A program made the translations under genes and the position numbers. The notes under the pieces were generated by a model. That model was not told the origin of the DNA. It did not search any database and worked only from the letters and a program-made list of their open reading frames with translations. This document shows, piece after piece, positions 1 through 12,208 of a stretch of DNA of 64,000 bases (position 1 is its first letter; every line of letters begins with the position of its first letter). The stretch covers positions 5,425,438 through 5,489,437 of the forward strand of contig NC_083427.1 of NCBI RefSeq assembly GCF_020745735.1. The letters are read 5' to 3'. The DNA comes from Hemiscyllium ocellatum (lineage: Eukaryota).

Positions 1-1062
1 AGACTTGCTGGATGTTCAGCTGATTCTCCAAGCAAGCTAACCGCTTTCTGCACTCAGGACACCTGATGGGCTTCTTTTTCGTTTCGACCTGCTCAAGCTT
101 CTGCAAATTGCCCACGTGACTGAAACCCTTCCTGCACTCGGGGCAGGAGAAAGCCTCTCTCCTATGTGGACCAGCTGCTGGGTCTGCAGGCCAGATGAAT
201 CGATTCATTACTTCCCGGACTCGCAGCAGGTGAATTGACACTCTCTCACTTGGACCTGCTCGTGCTTCTGAAAATTGACCACCTGACTGAAGGCCTTCTC
301 ACACATGGGACAGGTGAATGCTTCTCACCCTTGTGTACCCACTGATGCTTCCGTGTGTTGTCCACGCACGGGGTAGGAGAAAGGCCACTCACTGGTGTGG
401 ATCCATTGGTAGGACAACAGACTGGAAGAATTCACGAAACCCTTCCTGTACACCGAATAGGTAAAAAGCCTCTCCCCAGTGTGGACCTGCGAGTATGTTT
501 GCAGCTGGTATGACTGAGTGAATCAATTCCCCCAATAGCGGCAGACAAACGGTTTGTCCCCAGTGTGAACTCACTGGTACATCAGCAGGTTGCACAGCCA
601 ACGGAATCCCTTCCCGCAGACAGAACGGATGAAGTGCCTCTGCCCGCTGTGAAAGTGTCTGTGAAATTCCAGCACCGATGGGAAAAGGAACGCTTTCCAA
701 CAGTCCCCAAATTTCCGCTGTTTCCACATGGAAGGAGCACTCCTTGTGTTGCTCGAGGTTTATTGGCCAGCTGAAATGACGAATAGAATGTATACACTGC
801 CTCTCCGCGCCTTGAATGGTGAGATTTTGATTCCACAAACTGAGTAAATGGTTGAAGCACTTTTCACAGTCAACGCACTGCATCTCCCTTATTAGTGTAT
901 CTCAGGATTCTGCCTGTCACACCAGTATCGAAAATCTCTCAGACAAAAGCAAACATGTCTTCTCGATTTCAATTGTTGCTGGTATTCAAGTCCCACTGAC
1001 ACAAGTGACTCTGTCAGAAGTTGAATTATCACTTGCTGTCAGATTTCTTTCCATGTGCCTTC
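1..1062 (-). pseudogene. Kruppel-type C2H2 zinc-finger gene, last exon, pseudogene (runs off left edge)
   Basis: Minus-strand frames give SVCGKGFRWLCNLLMYQ*VHTGDKPFVCRYWGN*FTQSYQLQTYSQVHTGERLF and FTCPMCEKAFSQVVNFQKHEQV: HTGxKPF linkers with in-frame stops, lost Cys/His and frameshifts. Acceptor tttgtttgcag|gaagg at 1063/1062. Confidence 0.9.
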
Positions 1063-2224
1063 CTGCAAACAAAAATAAATTCACAAAATAAGTGATCAGT
1101 GCCATTACAGTTAAATAAACATAACATATGTGGCAATTCCTGTAGATTGCCAGAGGCCTGCTGGTCACATATCATCCAGGACACTAAAACCAGAAAAACC
1201 TCATGCAGCCAGATAGCCTTAAGGACATACGGAAAGAAACTTCATTTAGGTGACAATGACCTGAAACGAGCTGCCTCCAATGGTACTGAAAATGGTGCTG
1301 AATCAAGGACATGATAATGACAGGCCAACGCATCTTGGGAAAATAAAGCCAGTAGTGTAGTTGAATGACTTCCTAATGTTCTGTTAAATAATAAAATGCA
1401 AGAAATACTAGATGTAACACCATTAATATCTTAAAAGTTGAAAAATAATAGACATAAAGATTCTACAACAGCCACTAATATTAGATATACACCATATTAA
1501 GCAACATATATCTACATTCTATACCAATGTGGTAATCCCTTAAATGTTGCTCAGTTGCCTTTTGTTAATGAACATGAGAAAAGAAGCATACGTTTTCTCG
1601 GGTACAATCTGTATGAGTGCACAATGAGAGAACATGCAATGAAAATACCTTTACGAGGGACAGAACGAGCTGAGAACCTTTGAAGAGTCGGCTCCCTCCC
1701 TGTAGTGATTCCAGTTGCTACAAGTGAACACTTTTCCCCGCCTCCCTCCCCTCCCACGATGAGGAATGGAAAGGGAAATACATTGTTTTGATCCCACATG
1801 TTTCCCAGAGGGACGGAGTTTCCCTCTGAAAATGACAAGAATACTTCTGCGTTGTGATGTCAAAATGGTGAGCGGGATGGAGAGTGGACCTGCAGTGCGC
1901 CTGAGGTATCCTGCAGCTGGGGGACGTGGGAGGGGAGGAAATTTTGCAAAGTCCTTTCACTCTAGTCCAAGGCAATGTGACTTGAGCTCAACCAACGCAT
2001 TATGCTTCATTACAGCTGCACACTCATAGAAAACCTCCTCCTTTATGAATTCAACATTTTACTCTCTCCTTCACTTCATGGAAAAATAAAACGATTCGCA
2101 TGACTCCAGAGTTGCAGTTGCCACCATACCTTCTGTAGATGGTTTGGTGGAAACATTTTTTAATCTGAACCATTTCATTCACACTCACCCTTGCCATTCA
2201 ATGCTTATTTCATACAGAAGATGG

Positions 2225-2583
2225 ATCAAGTGTGGAACGGACGTTCTGAGAAAGTGATGGATTCGGGTATAATTAAAAGACATTGGGATACATGCATGAA
2301 TAGGAAATTGCAGTGATGCAGCACAGCAGCAGACAAGAGAGACTCGTTTAATTCATGATTGTGTTTGGCATGGACTGGTTGGTCTGAAGGAATGTTTCCT
2401 TGCTGTATGAAACGATCGTAGTTCCATTCTTCCTGGAAAGTGTAACCGCAGAAAGACAGGACAGTGAATTTGTTTGGCACGCTTACTTTCTTGGTCAGTG
2501 CATTGAGCAGAGAGGTTGGAGATCATGTTGTGGTTGTACACGACATTGATTCAGCCAGTTTTGGAGTATTGTGTGCAATTCTG
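2225..2583 (+). mobile_element. CR1-type LINE 3' and RT C-terminal fragments
   Basis: Matches the 3' end shared by other CR1 copies in the window (ggcatggactggttggtctgaagg...tgctgtatga) and the ggagtattgtgtgcaattctg (LEYCVQF) motif. Confidence 0.75.
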
Positions 2584-3439
2584 TTATATACGGTCGCGCA
2601 CTGACACACGATAAACCAGAGATCGTAATTAAAATTGACTGGGACACCAGGTAGATGAACTCGTCAAAAAAGAAGAAACAACTGACGAAGGATGACTGAA
2701 GGGAAAAAAAGCAGAGAAAGCGAAACAGGTTGCAGTACATCAAAGAAAGGATAAACAGTTTTGAGAAGTATGGGAAAGGAAGGAATCAGAGGAATGTTTC
2801 CATTAAAGGATTTTTATTAAGAGACATATTGTGCAAGCATTTATTCAAATCTAAATATCATTCCCTAAGAGTGAAGGACATCTGTTATTTTTAACAGATC
2901 TGTGCTATATGTTAATGCTCAGGCACTTCAATGTATTGGCGGTCAAAGATCCTATGAGCAATTAGAAATCGTCAAGCAATGTCGTCCAGTCCAATTTCTT
3001 ATGGTGCTGAGATAACAAATGCCTGTGGCTATTTCAGCATGTTGTGAAATTGGCTTCATTAACTATATATGAATTTATGACCTGATCTAGTCTGAGTAAA
3101 AAAAAACACAATAATGAGCCACAGAACGTGAGATTGAAGCAATCAATTCCAATCATATGCCTCAGGGGTGAAAATTTTCATTCTCCTAGCTATTATCTAC
3201 ATGAGATTCCGTTTACAAATTACAAGTTTGTTATTTAACGATCTCAGCTATGATTACACCACGCATCTCAGCAAGTGCACGTCTGACCTTAGTGTCATAC
3301 CTGCGGGGAATTCCATTGTATAACATCGCACATCTCACCGCAATTAAGTATTGTACAAACTGACAAATTCGTAAAATTCGATCTTAGTACCTGTATTCCA
3401 ATCTGACTGCACTTTGGGCGGCAGTAGCAATTGCTTTCT

Positions 3440-4330
3440 TTCCTGCATATTGTAACAATATAAAGATCCAGGTGCCACTGTCAGGGATGTCTGACAGTGA
3501 GATTACAGCATTCATAAGGAGTAGGGTGAACAGCCAGGAGACATCGTACACACTGGTACTGATGACGTTGGTGAGAAATAGATGAGGACCAGAAAAGTGA
3601 ATATATGGAGTTAGGTTGGAATTTAAAAGTCAGGTTGCACTAAGTAATAATCTCCGGATTGCTACTGCTGCCACTGGCAACTGGTGGGAGTGTGAAGGAA
3701 CTTTGGATGACAAGACGTGTGAAACATCTTGTCAAGAGGAAGAAGGAAGCCCTTTTGGTTTAAGGAAAGAAGGATGAGACAGGGCTCTAGATGGTTAGAA
3801 ATTCGCAAGTTAGGAACTGAAGAAGGGACTTAGAACACTTAGAAGTGAACATGAAAAGGTCGAGATGGATATGAAAATGAAAACCCCAAGGCATTCTGCA
3901 CTAATATGCGGAACAAGAGGATGATCAGAGTCAGGGTAAGACCAATCAGGGATAGTGGAGGGGGATTCTACCTGGAGTCAGAGAAAGTCAGAGAGGTCAT
4001 GAACAAATACTTTGCTTCAGTATTCACGGTGAGAGGGACTTAGTCGTTTGTAAGAACACGGTGAAGCAGAGGCTGATATGCTCAAACAGGTTGATGTTAA
4101 GAAGGAGCATGGAAAGTTCAAAAGACACGAGGATAGATAAGTTCCATGGGTTGGATGGGAGATACCCCTCGTCTTTGGGAAACGAGGGCAGAAATTGCTG
4201 TGCATTTGGCGATGAACTCTGCGGCTTCACTTTCCACTGTAATCCTGCCAGATGATTCGAGGTTGCAAAAGTCAATCCCTTGTTCAATGAAGGGAACGAG
4301 GACAAACCTCGAAATTCTATAATGTACACA
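3440..4330 (+). mobile_element. CR1-type LINE, decayed ORF1 (esterase-like) and ORF2 fragments
   Basis: Homologous by eye to the 59.9-62.1 kb element (gtaataatctccggattgcta; tactttgcttcagtattcac). Confidence 0.8.
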
Positions 4331-4414
4331 ACGTCTGCTTGATAGATCTGGTGTTTGGATCGTGCATTATTGGCGGCCAACTTGGTTTTATTAAGTTCAA
4401 TCAAATGATTTCAA

Positions 4415-5260
4415 ATCAGAGAGTCGTCCAAAAGGAAACAGGCCCTTCAGTCCAACAAGTCCAGGTCGATAAAAATTCCAAACTAAACTAAACTGGTTCC
4501 AACTGCCCGCACATGGTCCCATATCCCTCTAAGCCTTTTTATTCACGTATTTAATTAAATATATTTTAGACATTTTACTGCACCTGCATCCACCACGACC
4601 TCTAGAAATTCATTCCATACAAGAATCAGTCTCTGAAAAAACCAATTGCCTCTGATATCTGTTTCAGTCTTTCTCCTCTCACCTTAAATCTATGGCGCCT
4701 ATTCTTGAAATCCCACCCGAGGGAAAAGACACTCACGAATCACCAGATTTGTGCCTTTCATTACTTTCTAAATCACACAGAGGCCACCTACTAATCTCCT
4801 GCGGTCCCATGGTAATGTCACAATCTCTCCACCTTACATTCATAACTCAAATCCTGCATTCCCGGAAAAATCCTGGGAAATTGCATCTGTACCATCTCTC
4901 ACTTAATAATATCCTTCTTATGACAGGGAGACCAGAACTGGACACAGTACACCAAAAGAGGTCTCACTAACGTCTCCAACACTGCCCAAGGTTGCACCTT
5001 TACACGAGCAGGTTTTGTCTTTGTAAGTTTTCCAAAATTACCTACATCTCACTTATCCAAATCATCTCCATCTGCTACTCTTCAGCCCATTGACCTAAGT
5101 AATCAAGATCTCTTTGTAATCTTAGATAACTTTCTTCAATGTTCACTGGACCATCAATCTTAGTGTCGTTCACAAATTTACCGAACATGCTTCTTATATT
5201 CTCATTTGATATAATTTATATAAATGAGAAATAAAAGTGGGCCAGCATTGTTCCCCATTG
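4415..5260 (-). mobile_element. CR1-type LINE 3' end and RT fragment
   Basis: Reverse-strand decayed RPxLxYCVQFWSP and KFxxDTKI-type motifs plus the CR1 3' UTR. Confidence 0.85.
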
Positions 5261-5439
5261 TGCATGTTAAATCAATCTTTCTAGAAGCATGGACCCATAA
5301 CCTAAAATTGAGGATGCATTGTTATCATTCAATACCTTCTTCCTAATCAAATTAAGTGGACTATTAATATGATTACTTGAAATCTAATTGAATGGACAAA
5401 GTTCAGTTGAATGACTTGGAGAATCTCTGGTAGAAAATG

Positions 5440-6095
5440 AAAAATCTAACCTCTGCCCTGATCCTTTGGGTATTCGTCACATTATGCCTTAAACATGCCT
5501 TTGAGACTTTGAGGGTCCCTCTCCAAAGTTAAATGTGCTTGTGTATAATTCATAGTTATTTCAAACATTTTATGCACGAAATGGTCATGATTTCCACGAA
5601 CATTATATCGCTGATCTGAACATATTTCACCTGCAGTCTATATTTAAAAAATCATGTTCTAATGTTTCCAATACTGTGCTAATTGTAATCATCTTTGAAG
5701 GAATATCTTCTGACAATTGGTATCATGCCCACAGTGGTAAGGCAACTTTGTTGGTCTGCTTTTGCTAGTGATAATCGCCTGAAACATTCTACTAACACCA
5801 GAACGAATTGTAATTCTGAAACAGCAATGGGTAGAAACAGAGTAAACGTAATTATGCATGTGGGTCCCTATAAGAAATACCGAAAGTTGTTTTTTATTAA
5901 TATAGTGTACAACAAAGGCAAGGTCTTGTTACACTTTGCCATTTTCTCTGTGCAATTTTAAATTCTTCCAACAAACGGCAACAAAGCAATCAAACGTGGA
6001 AGTATTGCTATCAAGAACGGCATAGATTATGGCAGAACAAATACGAGACAAGGAACTGGATGGGAAGAATAATCACAACAATGCAACGTTTGCAC
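5440..6095 (-). pseudogene. GPR139-like class A GPCR pseudogene (decayed exon-2 fragment)
   Basis: Minus strand gives SAIIYAVLDS..TFDCFVAVCWKNLK, CTEKMA and IKNNFRYFL*GPTCII, aligning with SALNYSALDA..TFDRYVAISCQTLK, CTEKIA and IKNAFLYFQYEPMYII of the 39.2-kb gene. Stops and deletions present; ends uncertain. Confidence 0.7.
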
Positions 6096-7048
6096 TTAAT
6101 GAGCAGTCGGAGTTGGCGAGTTCCACAGATTCACAACTCTCTGTTTAAACCAGAAATCTGAAAGAGCTGACAAAACACAGCCAGACATGCTTGCCACATC
6201 AGATAATCTTTTTTTTGTAAACCACAAACTGAACTACAGGGAATTGTGTATATATGAGAGAGATTTTTGACTCGGTCATCTTTTATTGTGAGTGAGTATC
6301 TTTTCACCGGGAGCATACACACAACAGCTATGCTGAAGTCTAGTTATCCGGTTTGGCAGATGGCTTGAATGATTCTGGTGACATATGAATTCTCTGAATT
6401 AATATGAATTAATCTGAGGATGTGAATGTGGAATATAACTTTACTGAGCAAAAAGAAAATCACTAACCTAACACACATTAAACAAAAGAAAAAAGTAGCA
6501 ACGAATGAGGGTGCAGTACTGGATAAGATCTTGCAGAACACAACATCTTGCAGCCATCCACATGACACATAACAAAATCCATATGGTTCAGTATGCAAAT
6601 ACACATGCGCCTTTGTAGACACAATCTAATTCTGCTTAACGTCCCACGTAGTAAAATCGATGTACCGAAAGATTGAGCATTGTCAGGAGTGAGATTGCAT
6701 GGAGTGAATTTTTTTTTCTGAAAAGAATTATATTTTTGAACATATCGTGTCGTGAAAAACGATGTTTGGTACCGACATTCATCGTCTGCCCTTTATATGT
6801 CTGACTAAACGCACAATTTGGTTGTTACGTAATATTTTGGCTTTTCCCTTTATTACCATGTCAAACCTCATGAAAGCAAATACATTCTAACGCATTTAAC
6901 AAAATCTAGCAGGCAGCAGGTGCAGTAATCTCATTGTTGAATTAATTTTAAAAGATTGGCAATCTAATAAGCCCACCAGCACGTGGCCTTAGCAATAATT
7001 ATCACGATCTTCAATGAATTACGGAATGCGCTCAGAGCATCAGCAGAA

Positions 7049-10000
7049 TTGCACGGAATACCAAACAGTCTAATGCTTTCCATTTGCTCTCCCATTCTTG
7101 CTGTTATCGAGATTCCAGTAAAAGTACTGGATTTGCTTAGTAACTATGTTAACTGTCGCTGAACTGCATAATTTGTACCCTTTCTTCAACAGTGCATCCC
7201 CCTTTCCCTCACATTATGTGTATTATCTTTCTTCACGGAAGATTTTCTGCGCTCCAACTGGCCTAAGCTATCCTCCTATATAAAATTTTAACGGCATGAA
7301 TTCATCATTTAGATGAAAACATCTACCGAATGCTGACATCATTTCCCAGTATTAGTAGCATAATTTTCTTCTTGAATATTGTGGCGTAATCACTTTAGAA
7401 GTGAACATTTCTTGTGATGCCATTATAATTTCATCCCCTTTCAGTTATATTATCTTGTGTTATTTATATTTTCCTCACTTGCTTCTAACAATTCAACATG
7501 AACATAAGATTAGATTTTTATTTTCATTCTTTTTGTGTGAAATTTTCTTCTTGCTATTATCGTGCGAATGCATTCCTATGGTATGCTTGTCATTACTGTA
7601 GTGGTCAAGTAATGTAACGGTACTAAAATGTAAGTGCCCAATTACTGAGATATTGGCACTGTTGCTGTCGGTGAATTTTTGGTCTTTTATCTCAATGTAA
7701 CTGGAATACATCTGCGTTACTGGTGATGTCATTGTATGTGGTTCTCCTTATTGTTATCACTGTATAAATATTGTTTGTTGCATGGCTGTTCCACAATTTA
7801 AGTGGGCGATTAACAAACGGTACTCATTGTGTCATGTGTTATTTTCTGCATATTGTGTGTAAAATATCACAAGATTATCACAATGTAAATGAGGAATTAC
7901 TGCGTTATTCACATTTTGAATTCGTGACACTATTAAAAATAATTAACTGATAGTGAGTTTGAAATACTGAAGTATGCTTCCCTGAATTTGATGTAACAGT
8001 TTCAGATAAAATGCTGGTAAAATCTTATCATTTAACGAAGAAATTGTGACTATCCATAGATGACAGAGCACGCTGCATTTTCCTCAATAACTAATTCTCA
8101 CTTTGAATTCCATTCTCCACTTCCACATGATCCATCACAGGTGGTTCTACTTTGACAACTGTTGACAGTGAGATTTTCTCCTGCTTCCAGCATCTGACAA
8201 TATGTTATTTTTTTCTACTTTCGCAATTTTTCCAGATTGAGAGAGAAATCATAATTGGGAGCGTCTCAGAAATGAAACGAGTAAAACTTTTATTTCAAAT
8301 ATAAACTGCAGGATAAAGTTAATCAATTGTCACACGAATTGCTGGCCAGCATTAATGAAGTGATTTCAGACCAGAATTCAGGAGGGGCGTCTTTCTCTGT
8401 GTCAGAATTCTTCATCTACGGGTTCCAAATGCTTTAAGAGATGATTCGTTTTGTTTTACGCTCCAAATGTCTGAACAATGTTATGAAGATGTGGGTGATC
8501 TATTCAGAGAACTAAAAGCAGCAGAACTACCGGACACAGCCACCCAGTGTTCTCGAGAAGGTGTCACTGTAACACTCAGTCAAGCAACTCTATTATCGTG
8601 TTGCTGGTTGACAAAAACAAATTCCAGTTCGGCCATTCAGTTTAAATTATACCCCGTAAAAATATATACCAATTTCCAATCAAGTTTGAATTGAGTATAA
8701 TGACAATCTTGAAAGCCAACGACACAATCCGATGCCCTGGCTTATAAGACTGCGGGAAAAAATGAACAGTTGAGAGGAAAGCTGTGAAACCTAGCACATA
8801 CCAGACTGATTGAAAAAATCTCTCCACAATGTACCTTTTCGATCAGTAACCTGTGATGCTGAAATTCCGAACAAGGAGAAGAGAAGATACAGAAAGATCC
8901 GAAGACAATAACCTACAGCTGCCTTGATTTGTGATAAGAAATGTTGTTTTGTAAATGTTGATTGGGAGCTTTATTGTGCTAGTAATGCAGAGGGGAATGT
9001 ATAAGATAGGTTAGAGAATGAAATTGTAAATAGTGGTTAGTTAATTATTCTCTGTTTTACGTTCAGAAATAAAGTTGATCATTTTTACTTTACATAGTAC
9101 TTGGCAACTTGGATTTTTACATATTACTGCATGGATAAATCTTTTCAATGTTGCTGGTTTTAAATTAAGCAGGAGAGTTTGTCACGTGTCGTAACAATTA
9201 TCAATACCTCAGACCAGCGTCTAAATTATTTTATGCCTGCAGTGTCTGTTCAAATGTAGGTTGCATTCTCACATTCCTCTGTTTAAGAATAATTATAATC
9301 AAGTTAACTTACATGTTCCCTAACAGTGATTAGTTTGAGGCCGACACATTGGAATGAATCACATTTGTTCAATGAGATATGATATTGGATTATTTAAGTT
9401 TCCCATTCGATGATTACACACCTGCATATTTTTCTGTGATTTATTGATGGATTTTAGATTTCGTGCTCATTGAATACTATAGCTTTTCCATTTAGTGTTT
9501 TCAAGACCATTGTATTTTCGTTTTGATCTCTTTGGAATCTTTCTCTCTGCATTTCGCACTCTCTATGAAAAATGATTTTACACTCTCTTTGTCTCCCTCC
9601 TTTATTACAGCTAATTTAGTCGTGATTGTGATGCTGTCTCAAAGAACATGTGGCCTCTCTGGCTGTATCGCTTATTACCTAGTGTCAATGGCAGCGGCAG
9701 ATCTCCTGATCATATCGACTATTGTCCTCGAAAACTGGATTGTTGAGATTTTTCCAGCAACTTTCCTTTCCATCACCCCATTGTGCTGTTTATGCTCTGC
9801 CTTGATTTATGCATCTGTAGACAGGTCTGTCTGGTTAACAGTCACTTTTATCTTTGACCGATTTGTGGCCATTTCATGCGTGAAGCTGAAAATATGATAT
9901 TGCACTGAGATGGTCGCTGCACGGGCTATAGGAGTCGTGTCCACCCTGAGTTGTATAAAAATGCCTTCTTATATTTTGTATATGAACCAATGTACATAAT

Positions 10001-10520
10001 TAGCAATCTGCTGCCGTTCTACAGTGCAAAGTTAATATTTTGCACCTCACCTGTATGGACTGCAAATGACTGGACATGATCCATTGTAACTCCCTGTCTC
10101 CTATTCATTTAGATTGTACTGCTCTATTCTCTGACCATCAGACATGTTCTAGCACACAATGGAGCCCGAAGGAGAGTTCGGGTACAGAGCAATGGACAGT
10201 ACCAGAGAGACCCAGAGGTGGAGAAGCTGTGAAAGACTATTGGTTTACTTTTTTTTTCCATCTCGTGCAATTCATCCCATTCAAGTTATTATTTAAGATA
10301 ACAATCCTCCATGTTCGAATTGCCAACGTTACTTATTTCTCAGGTTCTGATTCCAATGAGTCAACATTCATTCTTGAGGAATATGGGTTCATTGTTCAGC
10401 TTCTGATTTTCTGCATCAATCTGTTTACTTATGCAGGAGTGCAGGCTAAAATTCAGAGCAGAATCAATAAATGGAGTAAAATATCCATTGATGTTCTTAC
10501 AAAAGTCTCTCAAACTATGA
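7049..10520 (+). pseudogene. GPR139-like GPCR pseudogene, two exons (7049-7118; 9611-~10520)
   Basis: Exon 1 reads LHGIPNSLMLSICSPILAVIEIP (70 nt, same length as the intact paralog), with ATG>TTG and the donor lost (ccag|taaaag). Exon 2 follows tttattacag: ANLVVIVMLSQRTCGL...FDRFVAISCVKLKI* (TGA 9895-97), with further stops and frameshifts through INLFTYAGVQAK. Confidence 0.9.
8533..8802 (+). pseudogene. TCR alpha/delta-like V segment remnant with degenerate RSS
   Basis: DTATQ..SREGVTVTLS (FR1), W at 8605 in WLTKTNSSSAIQFKL (FR2-like), TI..SDA.AY..C with TGC at 8751. Then aacagtt (8765-71), 22 nt, gcacatacc (8794-8802). Confidence 0.55.
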
Positions 10521-10569
10521 CGATTGGTTCACAAAGTTTGAGACCAATGAAATTGACACTATTCATTCC

Positions 10570-10950
10570 AAGTCATCGACTTCGACCAAGTTTCCCAAAC
10601 TAAACCCTTCTCATTTGCCTGCATTTGAGCCATATACCTCTAAACCTTTCCTATTCATGTACAATACCTATGTCTTTTAAATGTGGTAACTGCATCTATG
10701 TCTACCACCCACATTGTCGCTTCGTTCCACATATGTAACAACCTTCTGCCTGATAAATCTGAACTTCGCATCGCTTTGAAAAATCCCCTTCTCGCAGTTT
10801 TGAACACTTCTACCAGATGGAAAAGAGCTTTGCCATTTTCTATTCTAAAATTCTAAAATTCTATTCTAGAATTCTACAAATTCTTTGCCATTTGTATTCT
10901 AAGCCCTCTTGATTTTATGAACCTCTACAAGATCTCCTCTCAACTAACAA
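10570..10950 (-). mobile_element. CR1 3' fragment (partner copy at ~19580-19760)
   Basis: Reverse-strand CR1 3' UTR (ccaagtttcccaaactaaac...gccatatacctctaaacc). Confidence 0.75.
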
Positions 10951-11429
10951 TGATGCAGTGGAAAACGTCCGCACGATTTACATAAAAATAATTCTGAAAC
11001 CTGCATCTTCACATATTTGACATTTGCTTTCACATGCACATAAAAGCCAATTATATTTTAAGGTTAAGCTTCAAGAATAACAAATAGGCATATTGATTAC
11101 ACTCTTTCTTAAACCAATCAAGAAATCAATACTTTATGTAAATATAGGCAACGTCATGTCATAATTAGAAGGTGAAAGCAAAATTATTTTTTATCATCAC
11201 ACTAGGAACATTCTGCATCAGTCGTTCGCGATATCCTGACGTTTCCTCTCAACGTCCACACTATAGATAGCCAGTATCAAAGGAATCACGTTTCTAATTT
11301 TGAACAGTGAAAAATCTCAATGATGTTATTTTCAGTTGTTGTAGCTGGGTAGTCTAATGAGCGTTCAAGGCGCTGACGATCACTGTGGAGTCATATTAAT
11401 TAATCAAACACATGGTATTATCAAATGAT

Positions 11430-12060
11430 AGCATTCTGTCCATTGTGCCAGCACTGACACTTCATGCAGGGTTGATTTCCTGCTATTTTCCTAGCTTTTC
11501 CCATAAACCCGCCATTACAGCATTTAAATATTCATCTAATTCCCATCGCACTGCCTTGAATAATCTTGCCTCGTCCACTATTCCAGAACATGCATTCCTG
11601 TACTTGACTACGAGCTGTGTAATGAAGCATATTTTCTTCCATAGCATTTGCTTCATTAGGAAGTTCCATTTAATCTTTGTCCTCCCATTCTCTATCATTT
11701 CATAAGTGGGATGCATTTACCACTATCTTTCTGCCCAAACCACATGTGAGTATTAAATTGCTTGTTAGATCTCAGTTCAAACATGTATTCTTCCAGGGAA
11801 ATTGTCCCAATTTCTCCAACTTCACATTTTAACTGAAGATCCCTGAAAACATTTTCATAAATATCTGCAGAATTCTCATCAATTCATTCTGGCGTGCCCT
11901 CAAATGTCCACAACTGCACACAATACTTCGGCTGAGGTATGACTTACGTCTTGATAAAGTGCAACATTATCTCGTTTCTCTTGTAGTCTGTGATCAACTT
12001 AATAAAACCTGAATATCAAGCCATTTGTCACTTAATTGAATCCATGCAGAAAATGCTTAA
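11430..12060 (-). mobile_element. Old CR1-like LINE RT C-terminal/3' fragment (partner ~20280-20900)
   Basis: ORF 11483-11716 reads IVDEARLFKAVRWELDEYL, a CR1 RT C-terminal motif; present in both duplicates. Confidence 0.7.
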
Positions 12061-12208
12061 AGACATCTTCCATAAAACAATTGTTTGGTTCTACTCACTT
12101 GCTACTTGCTGTTTCCGTTTCTCAGTCACTCATTGCAATTTCACAAAAAAGTAATAATATATTGAAAGGGAGTAGAGTGTAAGTTCTTCTACCTTAATAT
12201 TATTGCTA

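Noticed and set aside
2895-3030. MYW...SYGA resembling a TCR beta V fragment
   Set aside because: No YYC or RSS, and FR1 absent.
5730-5736. Isolated CACAGTG heptamers (also ~14884, 57397, 59377)
   Set aside because: No nonamer at 12 or 23 spacing; expected by chance or part of SINE/LINE.
6344-6622. Hydrophobic minus ORF with GWLQDVVFCK resembling a chemokine-receptor ECL1/TM3
   Set aside because: No DRY or other TM motifs in register; AT-rich sequence readily gives hydrophobic ORFs.
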